From NCBI GenBank assembly GCA_040182905.1, contig JARQWU010000025.1, positions 1-64,000 on the forward strand: DNA of 64,000 nucleotides, read 5' to 3'. Below the pieces are notes generated by a model. The model was not told the DNA's origin. It was given only the letters and a program-made list of their open reading frames with translations, and did no database searches. The position numbers and the translations under genes were made by a program. The stretch is from Barthelona sp. PAP020. Lineage: Eukaryota. This document shows positions 42,301 to 50,325 of the stretch, piece by piece; the first letter of the stretch is position 1, and each line of letters starts with the position of its first letter.

Positions 42301-44106
42301 TATATATGTTTCAGTTACAACCAATCGATGAATGACAATATCAACTATAGTGCCTTCAAATGATGCATCAAGAACAATAGAATTTTCAAATGTCATTTCG
42401 AACACAATAATCTTCTCCTTTTCGACAACTATCAGTTTTGTTGAAGTTGAATACAGTTCAATTATATCATTGAATACCATATCATTGGATTGTACTACCT
42501 CTAAACAATGTAACAGATCATTTACAGAACAAATGTACACTTTATTTTCAATTGAATAATAAGCAACAGAATCATAATTAATTTTAACCATCTTTGAAAG
42601 TCTGTCTCTATTACCGCTTAAATTGATAGTTTCAAAAGTTTTTACATCAAAATTATTGTCGTTGATCTCATAAACCGTAAAACTATCATTGTAAAAAGTA
42701 ATGATTCTATCTGAAGTCAAAGATACACTCAACAACTGAAAATATGAGGGAAATTCTTTTTGTGCCTTTAATCCATAACCTTGGACAAAGTTGTCATCCG
42801 ATGAACACGAACAAATACTGTTGGATGTAATGACGTTTGTTCCACAAGATATTGGAGAATTTTTGGCAAAACACGAAATAGTGTACACATAAACCTTTCC
42901 ATAATTAACAGAACTGCCAATAGAATAATATGGATGTCCAAACAAAACATATCGTCCATCAGGTGACATGGTTGTCGTTAACTCTTGTGAATAAAGTGTT
43001 CCTAGTCTATTTGAATAGTATTCAACATAAGCGTTTGTTTCAAAGTCAATCTGAAAAACATAAGGGGCATACAAATAAATTTGTTCGTTCTTTAATGGTG
43101 TCATTGTTACTGCTAAACGTTTAGCATCTAAGGAAAAACTTAACGAATATCCAAACACAGTGTTATTTACCAGTCTTGGTGGAAAAATATGATTAACTTC
43201 CTTCCATTCTCCTTCAATTTTTTTATACATAAAAACAATTCCAGTTTCAATATATTCATCTATAAAATCATTGTACCTATACCCACTGCTAATGAAGAGT
43301 ACATTTTTAGAAATTATACCCGCTCGACCAAAATATTGAACATCAAGTGAAGGCTTTAAAACAGTTATTTGATTATCTTCAAGTGACAAAACCCTTGCTT
43401 CAAGGGCAGAACAATCAACACACAAAACCAAAACCTCATTTTTATACATTGATATGCCACTAATCGTCGAATCAAAATCAATTGTGATAACTTTATCTTC
43501 TTTCCATTCTAAATCCTCAAATTTAAACAATAGTAATTGATTATCACCAGAAATAACAATGCAACTGTTAAAAATAGCAATATCATTGCCTAAATTGGCA
43601 ATAGGCTCAACAGAATCATAAAGCAATTCAGTAAAATCCCAATTATTGAATGTTGAATCAGAAGGTGAACCCACTTTTATAGTGTTACTTGTCGATTCAA
43701 CAACAACAAAAATATCTTCATAAATGTCAAAAACATCCACAATCAAGTCTGTAAAGGAAAAATGTGGAGTTGGATTTTCGACATCAAAGCTTTTTGTCAG
43801 AAAAAGATGTAATCTTTTGTTCTTTAAAGTTTGAATCAAAATAACTTCATTAGACATTGCTATTTTAATTCCAAATTTAGCATGATCAATTTGATCAGGA
43901 CTTGAAAAGCTGTTTGTTTGTTTATAAGCCTGTTCATATGGAAAATAACATTCACACATTCCATTACTGTCACAATATCCATGTCCATTACAGGTAGAAT
44001 CACTACTACAGATAAAGGAACAATTATCTGTTGGATAACAATCGCATTGTATTCTTTCGATAAAAAACAATAAAAATGTTATAATTATCAATTTCAAATA
44101 TTTCAT
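30319..44106 (-). CDS. Giant (~4600 aa) surface receptor-like protein: signal peptide, alternating EGF-like and FG-GAP propeller-like blocks, Cys-rich repeats, IPT/TIG-like domains, multipass TM end
   Basis: MKYLKLIIITFLLFF signal; CNGHGYC…CEC; FG.S/GxVY motifs; CxxGxYQxxxGQTxC repeats; GTYFG/GSNFG/GKNLG; CSSNHTGMYCLQC followed by several hydrophobic segments; intronless 13.8 kb. Confidence 0.8.
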   Translation of the reverse strand: MKYLKLIIITFLLFFIERIQCDCYPTDNCSFICSSDSTCNGHGYCDSNGMCECYFPYEQAYKQTNSFSSPDQIDHAKFGIKIAMSNEVILIQTLKNKRLHLFLTKSFDVENPTPHFSFTDLIVDVFDIYEDIFVVVESTSNTIKVGSPSDSTFNNWDFTELLYDSVEPIANLGNDIAIFNSCIVISGDNQLLLFKFEDLEWKEDKVITIDFDSTISGISMYKNEVLVLCVDCSALEARVLSLEDNQITVLKPSLDVQYFGRAGIISKNVLFISSGYRYNDFIDEYIETGIVFMYKKIEGEWKEVNHIFPPRLVNNTVFGYSLSFSLDAKRLAVTMTPLKNEQIYLYAPYVFQIDFETNAYVEYYSNRLGTLYSQELTTTMSPDGRYVLFGHPYYSIGSSVNYGKVYVYTISCFAKNSPISCGTNVITSNSICSCSSDDNFVQGYGLKAQKEFPSYFQLLSVSLTSDRIITFYNDSFTVYEINDNNFDVKTFETINLSGNRDRLSKMVKINYDSVAYYSIENKVYICSVNDLLHCLEVVQSNDMVFNDIIELYSTSTKLIVVEKEKIIVFEMTFENSIVLDASFEGTIVDIVIHRLVVTETYIFVAKTNDATYIVDIYSLFLSDMGTYEILGNVELSMFGSNLKLSAFQSSLIIYDDLGSLYHYDFDDGTEDWTLISKITLISADDLSNVLALSITSFDNFFYLCSVNSNNVLRVYVYKLQINSLNQMSIHKKEDFSIDFFSTQLSVSVSKHQLLFQTDKLTEGFPTINNSSLLLYELGCVKCRENYYPEGVCDIYCDPLTTDGYDIVLEKCKCKETKFPSHVMTSILDELSVNQIACGDLYCIMSKNTETVVLINLDLELISPFRKITCDPVCDVFVDAFENIFAFSKIGDGNKDGLVTILISHQKRSLKQYTLTHDFVNGMVGSSISVSKKFVVTASSEIFVLLVYTLEDMVDNMAYEYVIDLTDYIDALTNIPVCVVSPCVHVVIENDILAVVFDSNRFVIFKLSSTKETQLFSTELYCPATTCFHALKMQNNKIFVSSWISDGSFGGCVQIFHFDNTSFTVKEELRLHPSDFKYSLEDYSFGIGIAIENNVLVVSAVKFEGPMFFFIYSFIDDEWRQIDSIRASLLTNENFTKVEIWKEQIFFIASLEETGYHVYQLNYTCNSCSSSFSCDSVSFCDSFSDGCTDFTQFEYDWIADSFVSSSNFSENALTSGFGWNIFESDETCYIGLPLSDNNNGSVILFDVETQKVMKQIFGECDECDISLKDKYPGFGTVIVEFDGNILISAPNINQIFICGNINDYCVLSDFKNTVSGTICNGFGSIMSASDNYLVVLGDVTDCPNIFVFDVLDEWVLSLPTAFKSLDVQSMNLVIVHNEILVLGCSGIIYFWKDMILNRGTQMVISSDFNKWFGYRIAASNDYPWLFISSPSFSDNTGTVEFYIWKDYSFVHTQSIVNTSYLFGLQLIVDGNVLVIQGIKDNTTVISVYRYNDNLWSFDIILIDLFDNNDYFYFYNTTASLSPIFPHVNMYFTNQTLLISILPDFEGIESQNTFSYFKSISLDMGGCPSNYYPAGSCDVYCSDVDTCNNFGFCNSSGLCVCEFPYSLKFGYVKSLAYEGGFTSGSSIIVTVSEAKVKVTNINTDEIYVFGDFSGISVKKIVIIEDVLIILSTDDGKMHMFDFDADNSIWYERISVVLASETISNQFGLDICYCNSNDNEVVLISDENIVWWYDVKANSVNKFNLWDSEYTLSFWSVDLGSVDDLEQILIQSTDEWVAFGLVGIGKVILFEIKNVECDALENICRIVSVNDIHDLQQSGEYPNFADSMVFHHYSNNLIIGKDPVFMYSFNELNNTWKLVQTIVTPNTESSSGFGAILRVSSTNLFIYLKDYLTEDESHQSTVFNYFFEENQWFLLEHIDYKSLTNDLLEDITVSKDDSKFVYLVTSTNIFQFQKNQCGNSAFLNCHSITSTLLDNECYIPSDKQMEWFLHFEEEMINSNAIFDASRNGLAYIEENNNGIVVKMENETFLKNSFDYEFVSLSDDYLFCKQIDGSFIEIYDLINLNEVIYELQLLSLIFEGFKDFLVVVIDKDTLELAFFNVSANFLQYIDYPSLKVDRTNVNIFIHNDLVVVRTASQLIVLKNKESKWYKHGEILNPKATCLSEFFGKSVNIYNENIFVTCPNYNTEEYSEVFQFRLFGNYWGIVDSFSIIKDDQDITPVVFGTQVSVSPIFMVITAQITHIKPDIYIYKRINDEKGMDKYVYSHSFTSYPSSLVKADHTKIKLIDWTLYTVDVSLKLLYSIRYGFTCPVDYYPPFTCDIKCSATMCNGVCDWYGNCVCNSSNVLMIEDSKFKHSIITVSDGLSFPYVSLDCLEDVCVVGYVSLTNTDEAYIEVLRWNYRTLKYDTLFKKNAVYDYGRSVRIVNGYIFVAYSQGLFSYDMEGNLIANNLEGALHSGTFDIYNSMLAIVANTKIYVYEWSKGTVQGDAQVLTPSGTDYNNMNVINSKYISIYEADLCIIKTAFLIKCYLNNDMGNGQIYSENQVFLGIKFGGGYLFAFSSNYVLIYKKNTQNSWDKVDPYQKISEEFDFNFDFDYCEGTNTLVVMSAVTELKAYVYLYWLSPVDNKFHKINEFVIDCKNSEADFAIAFGKNDTVVVTRKDNTVSNTIDLFTFKSSCVECTQSLQDISFCGCNGVGVMKNGECYCDPSFYEVEVIHCYPADAGYYVPYTYGNTEQIACNSGQYQSLSGQTSCISASVGHYVPIPVSLDTGYLKQIACPLNEYQDEVGQTECKRCGPETHQNETGQDFCWSCPPNTLYNAENIHCDTCPLGHACPGKDSDSIECSIFERISDDYQQCIMCPITHYSSVNRVECIQCAAGTYYDFESNVCTECIPLHTCNGDRYDPIPYPAPTIFDYSFSGDNREVNFTGTYFGYWSEYVTVYVDEIQATVVSVAGNMLNVSLPDYSYGLKKKAVVMIGKLFVETNINCMEPTVNDFKIDVVDDGYHIIIFGKELSFKSTLAIHNKYVEVLTWSLGKITFFIASFCQSETVILDSEGQMTKEFEITHIPFILKGNGVLNTGYTSTTLEGQYLGDFSCNEQFNCIVINNARGLTGEIQLVSDFSLKLKFQEANTPNDITVNCFLKKNSMVNQNVILSLVRPSLISITPSTFSHSQLQKGISFDIRGSNFGSSENDNFSLLLEIVDINTLKTLMKTSATAFSHEVAAFFCKYDVNDDDEMFMFQISRNEMISNGVIIKLSEIEAITPAEMLVGVTYELFVRSKAIVSDSIVSLRLFHKNYQPSKIVDTFATFEVSNEFSAVDKPIVIVDDIAMSSEIEISVFEITFEVYIVPHAKEKCIFVEGKNLGENLSFATSLGCSIVTQSFINSRYNICMICLWTNEDNVEGNDVYEFASLLFNNFFVGEIQKPQLTLEGPLFITDLFTGYLKLSTKINIDEMAIMDNNGSAFDCFFENGVWFCPFVETTIFEVITNGSSFEYDISSQFFRVLCDEIVLVGVDYNFKCLIEPNLKGFVNVIDHIVLGDSTMNSPVECLFFDEYMLCNVNYWQESELTLCFVFDGQFVEIAFIKAIIPPSFFFKQTDNDLILTGLNETFIFEICFETDSLVMIKITEILLINTDFNEQQIIEVNNDANNNIFVGSFDVFDKSVSHQKFDIFFRCGLNWIETKLQFVYYNVSMGMLSLGETSYYYNVGKLFFIDGNEQILKLLTTEHATINIGNIFSLEFEASFMFNAQESGILNVSILFGNNGSQSFNLGQILVLDNKSPLCYRDYDLSQPFAYSFDLGFLANELILNGMAIIDDKLNDERCCRNENCGLSLSSLKQQRIDVTLKQNHTVFGIMLSLHEICLVENIKVFILEDASMSTTYTNIFKSSVCEQIAGYSTISLQTFCSIPVIINNTDHFSLFVDYDECHLDSKLVSVSIYGWPVSSPYYGVLSEIEVSEENHKCFIDTFCENFFELLLFNYLKLSIIDNLKDIKNIVIKPESDFITSLDWIFDGKNIVLNVKYVPNNVFDVVLNVSSVDLIIDSPSVRVSLNDLDSLLIPSFIVYINDTFSFMPLNIEYVSSSMELNHYEWFVESEASFNCFDYYDTLKIGDLIAGYDIKEMSLKPRENGNCTLNIDYAEYVIPLLIIPNVPSFINITSVQSTVSEYGIKIMLNIQLFTSSNNQTVFISDDYCEVFASVGNIEGNGSSSQIVEFVFQKNSSNFYFVHTFDFKTLNNLFVKVSCASGLSTNELIQSNCPGSHILLNDHCVCPSGTYVKEHSTELIQVCEKCGVGTFSPHPNSDKCLDCPNNMYTDKTLYNNHVDNCSCVDGFVLKDIQCIPCDTSVICKNGKVIGSLNGYFFNEGTNEITKCVSSFCKGNSTCSSNHTGMYCLQCSDGYVRTFSGICVEYLWFEIGFILVICIVITVFAGKIINHAMLIHSYLIVVSSFNEYFPILNIFQSFIISFGFLSKPVLFYLCIVFSMFVLFFKFINVFKEQSFKTFRNLSDLLKFYLCISFGSYLLYSPTFYPIYRVPNVVFDVKKSIVSFLFIVSFFPINGEFKDNFSQIILPVTTLQAFFIESNFSIIYSTICLVTLWICTKFLYSNK

Positions 44107-44424
44107 TGCATACAAATAATTATCATTTTGAATTTTCCACAAGTTGAAAAAGATTACTTTGACAGATTGTCTTCTTTTTCTTTTTAATTATCAAGTGGTA
44201 AATTATTATGGGGTTTATTCATTTTATTTGATATTGAAGAAACTGTGATTATACAAAAGAAAAAAATAAAGAAAAAAATATTCAATAGAAGCTCTTCTTC
44301 TTGTGTTTTACAAATCCATTGAAATAATGGGCTCTATTGAATTCTATTAATAGGAATATTTTATAAAGAGGATTTTTTCCCAAAACTCCCATATTTGCTT
44401 TTTCCTTTAATATTCAATGTACAA

Positions 44425-46038
44425 ATGAAAAATATAACAAATGACTATCTTTATCTTATTAATAATCACACGAAACGTGCACAGAAACAGCAAAGAACAT
44501 TAAAATATGGTGAACAAAAATTGAAACGAATGGATTCACATAGGCTTCGATTTAAAGAATTAAATGCCAAATCTTCAATAATAAATGATTATGAACTGGC
44601 TGAAAATCAAAACAATTCACCAATTTTTACAATCTCTTCGAATCAAGTCGTAGATCATAATATAAAGCAAATTACCAATGAAAATAGTAAACCTGCTGTA
44701 ATATTGCCTCAAACAAATGAATTTGACAGTATTGAAAATGTTTTAAAAAGTATTGAATTGGGCAAATATAAAGGGAAGTTCAACTCTTTGCATATGTCTC
44801 GATTACGTTCTCGACATAAAAAGAATCCAACTATTCAAATAGATAAATTGAAGGCAAAGTTAGATCATTTACTGATGCAAACCAAAAATAATTTTTCAAT
44901 AAGAACAGAAAATGATGAAAATATTTGTGAATTTAAACCAGAAAGGAGCCTTTCAGCACCTTCTGTTTTGATGAAAGTGAAAAATCCCACTCCAAACAAG
45001 CATGTTTCATTTTTATTTACTGATGAGGATACTTATCTTTCCGAAAGAAATTCCGTTGAATTGGAAGAAAAAATAAATAAAACCAAGCGAAATGTTGACT
45101 TATCCATCAGTATCAATGTTTTTGAAGAAAACACAGCTGATAGTTCAAAAATTACTGGTAATTTTACTAATTGTGTTGTGGAAGAAAAACAAACTAACAC
45201 TTTAAATGATACATTAGAATTGCCTGTTTCTTCAAATGATTATAAATCTTTGATTTCTCCTAAATTTACCATAGTTACTGTAGAATCGTTGTTGGATAAT
45301 CTTATTAAAAGGTTCCCAGATGTCAAATTCCCATCAAATAATGAATTCAGAGGGTTAAATCGATGTAAAGAAGAAGTTAAACGAGATATTATGTTCTTTT
45401 TATCTTTTGGTCAAATCCCTTTCAATTCTGAAGATACTATTTTCATGTACAGTTTACAAACCATATTTATCAAACTTACTCAAACTTCAACACCACCAGC
45501 AATAGTTAGTGAGGCTTGGAAAGATATAGGATTTCAAGATAATAATCCTTTGTCTGATTTTAGATCGGGTGTGACTAGTTTATTACAATTATTGTTTTTT
45601 GTTGAGAAATATCCCTTGAAAGCGGTTGCATTGTTCTTTGAATGCAAAGAACATTCAGAAAAATTGGATAATTTTGCAGAAAATATGTTACTTGCATTGA
45701 CTGCATCTCATATTAGTGTTGGAATGATGAATTTATTATCTGAACCAATGGAATCTCATTTTATTAGATTTTTGAATGATACTCATCTTTCAGATGTGAA
45801 TTATGGTACAATTTATCTTCTTAATGAACTTTTTGTGGGTGGAATGTTATATTTTGCCAATGAATGGTTCAGATCTGAAGTAGTTTCTGGCACAAAATCA
45901 GATGAAAAGCATAAGCAGTCCAGTGATACCGTTATAATTCAAGCACATCAAAAATTCAAATTGGTAATGGATAATTTAACACTTTGTTTGAGAAATTATC
46001 CAAAGACTTTGTTAGAACATACTAAATTAAAAGTTTAA
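44425..46038 (+). CDS. ELMO/CED-12 domain protein (ELMOD-like Arf-family GAP)
   Basis: WKDIGFQDNNPLSDFRSG matches the ELMOD W-x2-G-F-Q-x3-P-x-D-F-R motif; long low-complexity N-terminus. Confidence 0.85.
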   Translation: MKNITNDYLYLINNHTKRAQKQQRTLKYGEQKLKRMDSHRLRFKELNAKSSIINDYELAENQNNSPIFTISSNQVVDHNIKQITNENSKPAVILPQTNEFDSIENVLKSIELGKYKGKFNSLHMSRLRSRHKKNPTIQIDKLKAKLDHLLMQTKNNFSIRTENDENICEFKPERSLSAPSVLMKVKNPTPNKHVSFLFTDEDTYLSERNSVELEEKINKTKRNVDLSISINVFEENTADSSKITGNFTNCVVEEKQTNTLNDTLELPVSSNDYKSLISPKFTIVTVESLLDNLIKRFPDVKFPSNNEFRGLNRCKEEVKRDIMFFLSFGQIPFNSEDTIFMYSLQTIFIKLTQTSTPPAIVSEAWKDIGFQDNNPLSDFRSGVTSLLQLLFFVEKYPLKAVALFFECKEHSEKLDNFAENMLLALTASHISVGMMNLLSEPMESHFIRFLNDTHLSDVNYGTIYLLNELFVGGMLYFANEWFRSEVVSGTKSDEKHKQSSDTVIIQAHQKFKLVMDNLTLCLRNYPKTLLEHTKLKV

Positions 46039-46786
46039 TGATGTTAAGACTGAAAATTTGACCTTTAATGATTCTTAGTTTCAAAATTTAATCAATCTTT
46101 TCTTTTTTCATCTTTCTATTTTTTGTTCCAACTATTTTTGTTCTTGTGTCAAATATCATATATTAATAGGTTTTTACAATAAATAATGTAGTTTTGTTTG
46201 TTTATTTTGAATTAGTTTTCTGCCAGAATGGAAAAGTTTGATTTTTGTCATCTTTGCGTATCATCAGGATAAAAAAATATTTAATTAATTATTTTAAAAC
46301 TCCTCTTGATTTTAATTGGGAAAGAGGAAAAAAAATTTATTTAAGAAGAAAAAATTTGCTATGAAAATTTTTTGGTTTTTCCAATAGGTATTTGACCATT
46401 CACCAAAAGTGACAAAAAGATAACAAAAGGAATATCTTTTATAAAAGTATATGAAAATGAAGATATATCATCTTTTAATTCTTGAATATTTCTAGTTTCT
46501 CTTTGCATAACACTTTATACCACCTGAAATTCCCTTCAGAATTGTTCATTAGGAAAAAACAGTATTAAAAAAAGAATAATTTAGAAATTATTCAAAAGGA
46601 CCAAACCAACATTAAGAAATTTAATTTTGTTCAATTCACAAACAATAACAAATAAAAATTTATTGTGAAAAAATGAAAAAGTCAACTTCAATCAAATTCT
46701 TTTTATTCATCATCAGATTGTATTGATGAATTAGACTTAACTTTTTTTACTTTTAAGTATACTTGTTGAAGAAAAAATAGTTATTT

Positions 46787-48059
46787 ATGCATAGTAATTG
46801 ATTTCTACATATATTTTTATCACTAACTATTTATAGAGTTTAGAGTTGTATGTAGAAAAGGTGAAGGTACTTTTTCAGAGGTATTAAAGGCCCAATGTAT
46901 CAAAGATGGTGAATATGTTGCGATTAAAAGAATGAAAGGACATTTTGCAAGTGTTGAGCAAGTTAATAACTTGAGAGAAATTCAAGCTCTTAGGAGATTA
47001 AATCATCCGAACATTATTAAATTGTTGGAGGTTTTGTATGATCGAAAATTAGGCAGATTAGCCTTGGTTTTTGAATTGATGGAAATGAATATATATGAAT
47101 TGATACGAACAAGACGACATTATCTGTCAGAAAAGAAAATTCAGAAATTCTTGTATCTTTTGTTGAAGTCGATTGATTTTAGTCACAGAAATGGAATATT
47201 TCACCGTGATATTAAGCCCGAGAATATATTATTGTCAAACACTGAATTAAAATTAGCTGATTATGGTTCTTGTAGGTCCATTTATTCTGAACCTCCTTTC
47301 ACTGAATATATTTCAACTAGATGGTATCGTGCCCCTGAATGTTTATTAACTGATGGATATTATAATTATAAAATGGATATTTGGGGAGCGGGTTGTGTTT
47401 TTTTTGAGATTGCAGCTTTGTTTCCTCTATTTCCTGGATCAAATGAGTTGGATCAGATACATAGGATTCATGATGTGTTGGGAACACCGCCAAGATCGGT
47501 CTTGGACAATTTTAAAAAGAACGCAACTCACATGTCTTTTGATTTTCCAATTAAGAAAGGAACTGGTATTAAAAAATTGGCCCCACATTTGTCAGATGAT
47601 GCTTTGGATTTGTTGACAAAAATGTTGGCATATGTACCAGGGGATCGAATTTCTGCAAGACAAGCACTTAAACATCCGTTTTTTAAAGATCTACGGAATG
47701 CAGAGGTAACACCTCAAATTCCAACACCTATGAATGATGAATCGTTACCTCAAATGAATGATAAAGGTAAACGAAGCAAATCGTCAATTTCAATGCATTC
47801 AGTGAACGAAAAATTGCCTCAACTTGGAGGTACAAGTACACAAAAAGGAAGTACATTATCCACAGCAACCACTGAACACAACGTTAATCATAAAAAAAAT
47901 AATAAAAAGAATCAAAAAAAGAATGTTCAGAGCAAACAGACTGTTGAAACATCACCAGTTTTTAATGTACAGGGACATAAGATAGCTGTTAAAAAACAAA
48001 CAAAGACTTCAAAAAATAACAATAGTAATAATGATTTAGTTCATATACCTCAGTTGTAA
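46787..48059 (+). CDS. MOK: MOK (MAPK/MAK/MRK overlapping kinase); exons 46787-46793 and 46837-48059
   Basis: Splicing restores MHKFRVVCRKGEGTFSEVLKAQ…VAIK; VNNLREIQALRRL, FHRDIKPEN, PPFTEYISTRWYRAPECLLTDGYY. Confidence 0.93.
46794..46836 (+). other. 43-nt spliceosomal intron of MOK
   Basis: GTAATT…CACTAAC-TATTTATAG; removal joins ATG CAT A|AG in frame with the kinase Gly-rich loop. Confidence 0.9.
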
Positions 48060-48531
48060 TTTTATTTTTGAGACATCAAACCACCAAAATATAAGGTTTG
48101 TGATTATGTAAAGAATGAATTAGGAATATTTTCTGTTTTCATGTTCTGTTTTTTTTTAATTGGGAAATTTGGAATAAAGCAAGAAAGATATGTTCCTGGT
48201 TGATAATTGAATAAAGTGAAAGAAACCGTTATGTCTTTGAGGTAAAATTCTCTGATTGATTTTAAATATTGGCTCGAAGACATAAAATTTCTGTAACATA
48301 CTATATTTGAACGAGTTTAAACATACAAAAGACTATAAAGATCAAGGAATATACATTGTGAAAATTATATTGAAAGAGAACTCTAGAACTTCAGGAAATG
48401 ATGTTGAATGTATAAAAAAAGATTTATATCAACATAGAGCAACAGAATTTTAGAAATGTACACTTAAATTGTCAATTGCTTGGAAAGTGAACAAACTTCC
48501 CTGAATATTTTTTTTTTATTAAATTCATTTT

Positions 48532-49220
48532 ATGCATAGATTTTTTGGAAAAAAGAAAGAAGAAAAACCTGTTGAAGCTCCAGACTTCAATAGTTTTGCT
48601 AATAATGTTTTATATGATATTTTAAATGAAAATCTAATATTTAGGTAAATCAAAGAATGGAAGGATATCAAAATCAATTGAGAGATTGTGATGAAAAAAT
48701 TAGATCTTATACTGCCAAGAAAGCAAAAGGTAAAGCAACTTCTTATGACCGAAGCATTGCTGTTCAAGCTTTAAGACAGAAAAAAATGATTGAACAACAA
48801 ATGGGTACTGTTGGTAGACAACAAATGACGATGAACAACATGGCTTTCGCTGTTGAAAATGTAAAGAATACAATGGAAACTGTTAAGGTCATGAAACAAG
48901 TTAATCAACAGTTCCAAAGTTTCGCCAAACAATATAATGTTGATGATGTTGCCGATATTTATGATGATCTTCAAGAATCAATGGCGGATGCCAATGAATT
49001 GAATGAAATGATGGCAGAGAGCTTTGAATATGATGTTGGCATTGATGATGCCACGTTGGATGCTGAATTAGAAGAATTAGAAAATATGGGATTCCAAGAT
49101 GAGATGATTGATACTGTTGTAACAACCACTGGTCAAAATGTTACACCTATACAAAATAACGTGGTTTCAAATGATAGTCAAAACAAGGCTCAATCAATGT
49201 TAGATGATTTAGACATGTAA
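48532..49220 (+). CDS. CHMP5: ESCRT-III Snf7-family protein CHMP5/Vps60; exons 48532-48606 and 48645-49220
   Basis: Spliced N-terminus MHRFFGKKKEEKPVEAP; A.QALRQKKM.EQQ, IDDATLDAELEEL. Confidence 0.88.
48607..48644 (+). other. 38-nt spliceosomal intron of CHMP5
   Basis: GTTTTA…TCTAAT-ATTTAG; the unspliced frame stops at TAA, the spliced frame joins the 48657 ORF. Confidence 0.8.
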
Positions 49221-49644
49221 TTTTTTGATTATTTATTTTCAGACGTTTTGAAGCAATTTTTTTTTAATTTTTTCTGATTAGATTGTTAATTTGTAAATTT
49301 TTCAATTTTTTTTTTCAATCTTCCCAAATAGCCACTTGTGAAGGATGATGCAAATTCTTAATATACTCAAATTTTGAATTGTCCAGTCAAAACATTCTTT
49401 ATGGCAGGAAACATAAGTTTACAACTAAATAATTAAAGATGTTAATTTATTTTAGGAGATTTTTTGAATTTTTTTTTTTTATCTGTTTGAATGCTTCACT
49501 TCACTGTCTTCTCTTAATAAAATTATTTATAAACCATCATCATATATTTTTGTTCAAATCCTTGCACTTATTCAGTGCTTATAGGATTTCTGAAGGTTCA
49601 TGGAACCGTTAAAATGTTCTCGATTTCATTTTTTTTTTTTTGCT

Positions 49645-50325
49645 ATGAAAATTCCTGCAGTTTTATTTGATTTAGATGGTACTTTGGTTGACAACAGTTA
49701 TCATGTGGTTGATTGTTATCAAAAGAGTTTAAAAGAATGGAATTTGCCACAAAAATCTGTTGAATTCATTCATAATCTTCAAGGTATCAGTGCAGAGGCT
49801 ACATGTGAGGCATTAGAAATACCTTCTGATATTCAAGAAGGATTTTTAGAATCTTTTTGGAATCATATGCAAAATTTTGATGATGCTGTTCCTTCAACAT
49901 TAAAAGGTGTTGATGCATTTCTCAGATATTTGCATTTGAGAGAAGTTCCATTGGGAATTGTTACTTCCAATAGGGCTACTAATGCAAAGAACAGTTTATC
50001 CATTGCAGGTTTGTTTGATTTGTTTAAAAACGTCGTTGGTAGTGATGTTGTTGACGAAACAAAGCCAAGTCCGGTTCCTTTATTGACTTGTTTAGAAGGT
50101 ATGGGTATTGAACATAGCAATGATATTTTTTACATTGGAGATTCTTTTTCAGATATTCAAGCAGGATTAGCTGCCGGTTTCAAACCAATATGGGTTTGTT
50201 CTGAAGATTATCGTCAAAGAAGATTGAATTTAGATTTTGAACGACTTTTACAGGACAATAATGTTTCTGTTTTTTCTTCCATGGATGAAGTTCATGAGTA
50301 TATTAATAAAATTTTAGGCAATTGA
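49645..50325 (+). CDS. HAD-superfamily hydrolase (phosphoglycolate phosphatase/PpaX-like)
   Basis: FDLDGTL (motif I), IVTSN (II), KPSP (III), YIGDSFSDI.AG.AAG (IV). Confidence 0.9.
   Translation: MKIPAVLFDLDGTLVDNSYHVVDCYQKSLKEWNLPQKSVEFIHNLQGISAEATCEALEIPSDIQEGFLESFWNHMQNFDDAVPSTLKGVDAFLRYLHLREVPLGIVTSNRATNAKNSLSIAGLFDLFKNVVGSDVVDETKPSPVPLLTCLEGMGIEHSNDIFYIGDSFSDIQAGLAAGFKPIWVCSEDYRQRRLNLDFERLLQDNNVSVFSSMDEVHEYINKILGN

Noticed and set aside
48391..48505. Possible C/D snoRNA (ATGATG … CTGA)
   Set aside because: The C box is imperfect, the only terminal pairing would bury the D box, and no guide can be verified.
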